The notes beneath the pieces were generated by a model. That model ran no database searches, was not told the DNA's origin, and worked only from the letters and a program-made list of their open reading frames with translations. A DNA stretch of 64,000 bases from Carcharhinus longimanus (Eukaryota). Shown piece after piece: positions 60,975 through 64,000 of the stretch; the stretch's first letter is position 1; every line of letters begins with the position of its first letter. Location of the stretch: contig JASCQW010000156.1 of the NCBI GenBank assembly GCA_030264375.1, positions 16,169,545 through 16,233,544 on the forward strand. The letters run 5' to 3'. Both the position numbers and the translations under genes were made by a program.

Positions 60975-61535
60975 TTACCAAACACATCTGGAATTCTGTG
61001 TACAGTTCTGGTCGCCACTTAACAGGAAGGACATAATTGCGTTAGAAAGTACAGAAGAGATTTACAAGAATGTTGTCAGGGCTTGAAAATTGCAGGGGTG
61101 AGGAAGCATCGGATTGGTTGGAGTTGTTTTTCTTGGAACTGAGGGGGCTGAAGGATGACCTGTTAAGTGAACAATATTATGAGAGATTAGATAGAGTAGA
61201 CAGAGATGCCCTGTTTCTCCTAATATAGAGGTTAATACAAAGGGGCACAGATTTAAGGTGGTTGGTAGAACAATTAAAGGGAACATGAGGAAAAACATCT
61301 TCACACAAAGGGTTTTGGGTGTTTGAAATTTGTTGCCTGGTTTGATGGTGGAGGCAGAAACCATCTCATTTAAAAAGGTACCTCCACTTGTCTCTGAAGT
61401 ACTGTAACCGGCAAGGCTATAAACTGGGATTTATAGCCTTGGGATTGAAACAGTCAGCTTGTTTTTCATTTCCTTTTCACCCAGTGTAGATATGATGGGC
61501 TGAATGGCCTCTTTCTGTGCCATAATTTTTCCATG
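60975..61535 (+). mobile_element. CR1 LINE C-terminus and 3' end
   Basis: HLEFCVQFWSP, ALESTE..FTRMLSGL and aaggggcacagatttaagg, with tail gatgggctgaatggcctc. Confidence 0.88.
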
Positions 61536-61962
61536 GTTTGATCTTCCCCTTCCACCCCTTTTCAAGATTCCAAAAGGACTTTCCATCTGTGCTAACCTGA
61601 TCTGCTCCTCAATCACCCCCAAAACCCCATTCTCGTCCCACTGCACCTTTTGATGCAAATGCAGGAGATGCAATACCTGCTTTATTCTCTCCTCACTGTC
61701 CAAGCCCCACCCCATCAGTCCTTCTAGATCAAAGTGCAATTTAAAGTTACTTCTTCCTATTTAGTCCATCATTTTCACTGTTCACAATGTGATTGCCTCT
61801 ACACTGGATAGACCAAACACAGATTAAATGACCACTTTACAAAACACATCCGTTCAGTCCACAAGCATGACCCTGAGCTTCTAGAGTGGCCTGTCATTTT
61901 AATTCTCCACCTTGCCCTCTCAGAGATCACTGTTCTCGGTCTGATGCACTTTTGAAGTGAAT

Positions 61963-62078
61963 CGATAGGGAATAGAGAGATGCAGACCGCATAGAGGCAT
62001 AGGTCTTTAGAAAGGGTCATGCATCAGTGCATGCCTGATGGGCCAAAAGGCCTGTTTCTGTGCTGTACTGTTCTTTGA
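61963..62078 (+). mobile_element. Short HER1-type 3' tail
   Basis: gatgggccaaaaggcctgtttctgtgctgtactgttcttt. Confidence 0.75.
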
Positions 62079-62349
62079 AACTCAATGTAGGAATGAGGAA
62101 GGTCTCCTCATACTTTGATTAGGTACATTACATCCTTCCAAATTCAACAGTGAGTTCAACAACTTCAAACTCTTAAGTGTACACTCCCATTTTGTTTCCT
62201 TTTCTCTGCATATTTTGTTCTTTTCTTTTATGTTTACTTATAGACAGCACTATACTTGCTCTAGGCACATTTTTTGTTTCTTGTCCTCTCACCAATCCCT
62301 TAGGCCCAATTAGACTAACTCTTCTGTCATCATCCCTATCACAGGCTTT

Positions 62350-62772
62350 TTTCCTCTGGAGCGGAGGGGGATTAGGGGTGATCTTATAGGGGTCTATAAA
62401 ATAATGAGGGACATAAACAAGGTAGATAGTCAATATCTTTTCTCAAAGGTAGGGGAGTCTAAAACTAGAGGGCATAGGTTTAAGGGGAGAGGAGAGAAAT
62501 ACAAAAGGGTCCAGAGAGGCAATTTTTTCACGCAGAGGTGGTGTCTGGAATGAGGAGGAGGAGGAGGGGGGGGGGGAGGTGGTGGTGGTGGTGGTGGTAG
62601 AAGTAGTAGAGGCAGGTACAATTCTGAATTTTAAAAAGCGTTCAGACAGCTATATGGGTGAGATGGCTAAAAAGAGATAAGGGCCAAATGCGGGCAATTG
62701 GAACTAGCTTAAGGGTTAAAAAGGGGGCAGCATGGACAAGTTGGGCCAAAGGGCTTATTTCCATGTTGTTAA
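62350..62772 (+). mobile_element. HER1/CR1 3' fragment containing an expanded G-rich microsatellite
   Basis: ctggagcggaggggattaggggtgatcttatag (LERRGLGVIL-like), actagagggcataggtttaagg, and a tail matching 24298-24449. Confidence 0.85.
62552..62612 (+). repeat. Compound (GAG)n-(G)n-(GGT)n microsatellite
   Basis: Directly visible. It produces the poly-Pro ORF on the minus strand. Confidence 0.95.
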
Positions 62773-64000
62773 AAAAAGCTTTCTTTGTCCTTGTCTTATC
62801 CATCTCTTGCTTAAATCTATTTCATCTCTAACTTTTTCCAGTTCTGATGAAAGGTCACTGACATTAACTTTTGTTTTCCTCGCCATAGTTGCTGACCTGC
62901 TGAGGGCTTCCAGCATTATGTACTATCATTTCAGGCTCCCATCACATCTTAGATCTCATTGCCTCCTAACTCATGATGAGAAATCAGTTTTGCTGTGTCC
63001 AAATACCACCCAGTCATTTCATCTGAGAAGTTCATGTACTAAGACACTGCTTGAAAACAGAATGGCACTCAGCTGTGATATCCTCCAAACTCAAATAGCT
63101 TACTCTGCCCAAGTTCACGCATGAACATCCACTTGGGGAAAGCACACTCACCTATAAAGCTGCACCTTTGAAAGAGTTGTTGCATTCAGAAAGGAGAAAA
63201 TAGAGTCTACAAAACATGCTGGGGAAACAATGTTGGAAAAAAGATTGGGATGAAAAGGGCCGTGGTGTGTGTGTGTGACTCAGTAGCACATAATGCTAAT
63301 CTACATTGCAAAGTGGCTGAAGTCTAGGGTGACCAAGAAACAGTTGCCAAGCCAAAAAATGGGTGAGATGCCAGGAGAAGTTGAATGCAAACAGCCTCCC
63401 ATCTGCTGTCAGTTGGTCAGAAATGATAAATGAATAGAACATGTCACTTTATACTTTGAGAACAGTACAATATGGATGGATTTTAAACTTAAGGGTAAAG
63501 TAAAATGATTTTGTTAATATTTCACAATTCAATTATTGGTTAATTTTATCTACTTGATATTATGGTGATCTCACCATTTACGCCAATGAGGCACTTTTAC
63601 CAAGATGCCAATGAAAGATGGATTTAGCACAATAACACTGCCATTAACGGAGACAATTAATAACATCACGAGTTGATGACACACACTTCAACTCAAAAAT
63701 TCATTACTATTGAAAATCCTTATTTTAATCTTCTTTAATTGGTCAGTGAGTAAGTTTACCATATGATTCTGGCTCAGGAACTCCACATGTAACCCGTGTG
63801 ACTTTACCAGGACTTTTGTTTCCACACAGAGGGCTCAGGTTTCAGTGCAGTTTGCAAGTCGTGACTGTTCAATGGAGTTGGGCAGATTAAAAGCCATGCC
63901 TTCATTCTCCAACACAGCAGCCCGGCCCTCAAAATTGTTTAAAGCCCCCTAAACCACAATTCTCAACCCCACTTAGCCCTTGCCTGCTCAGATCTCCCCC

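Larger units (their letters stand above)
60913..62935 (+). mobile_element. Penelope-like element with GIY-YIG remnant, interrupted by three CR1/HER1 fragments
   Basis: CKCRRCNTC and LVHHFHCSQCDCLYTG*TKHRLNDHFTKHIRSV...CHFNSPP peptides. Terminus with CTGATGAAAGGTC at 62844 and an inverted terminal piece at 60913-60965. Confidence 0.75.

Noticed and set aside
62430-62621. Poly-proline ORF
   Set aside because: Antisense translation of the (GAG)/(GGT) microsatellite inside a LINE fragment.
1-64000. Prokaryotic systems (CRISPR arrays, operons, defence islands) and ORFs spanning N runs
   Set aside because: The sequence is vertebrate repeat-rich DNA with no regularly spaced repeat-spacer array or dense coding. 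Many listed ORFs are long only because N runs contain no stop codons.

Overview
This is eukaryotic, AT-rich, repeat-dense DNA from a draft assembly with several N gaps. The repeat content (HE1-type V-SINEs, HER1/CR1 LINEs, DeuSINE/SacSINE1-like SINEs) points to a cartilaginous fish, most likely a shark. I recognise no intact host protein-coding gene, and the window reads as a large intron or intergenic region. The recognisable ORF-track entries are degraded retroelement fragments: CR1/HER1, L2, Rex1, Penelope GIY-YIG and Gypsy. The most notable observation is a ~200-bp U2-snRNA-derived retroposon at 43563-43764. It has an A-tail, a 7-bp target-site duplication and an internal insert antisense to a U1/U2 AUUGCA loop, making it a SINEU-like candidate. 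Also notable are Penelope-like elements with inverted termini and hammerhead cores, a Gypsy remnant with Gmr1-type integrase-before-RT order, several nested insertions, and a few low-confidence minus-strand exon candidates. Family names come from by-eye comparison with remembered consensus motifs, not from searches. Most boundaries are approximate (about +/-10-30 bp).
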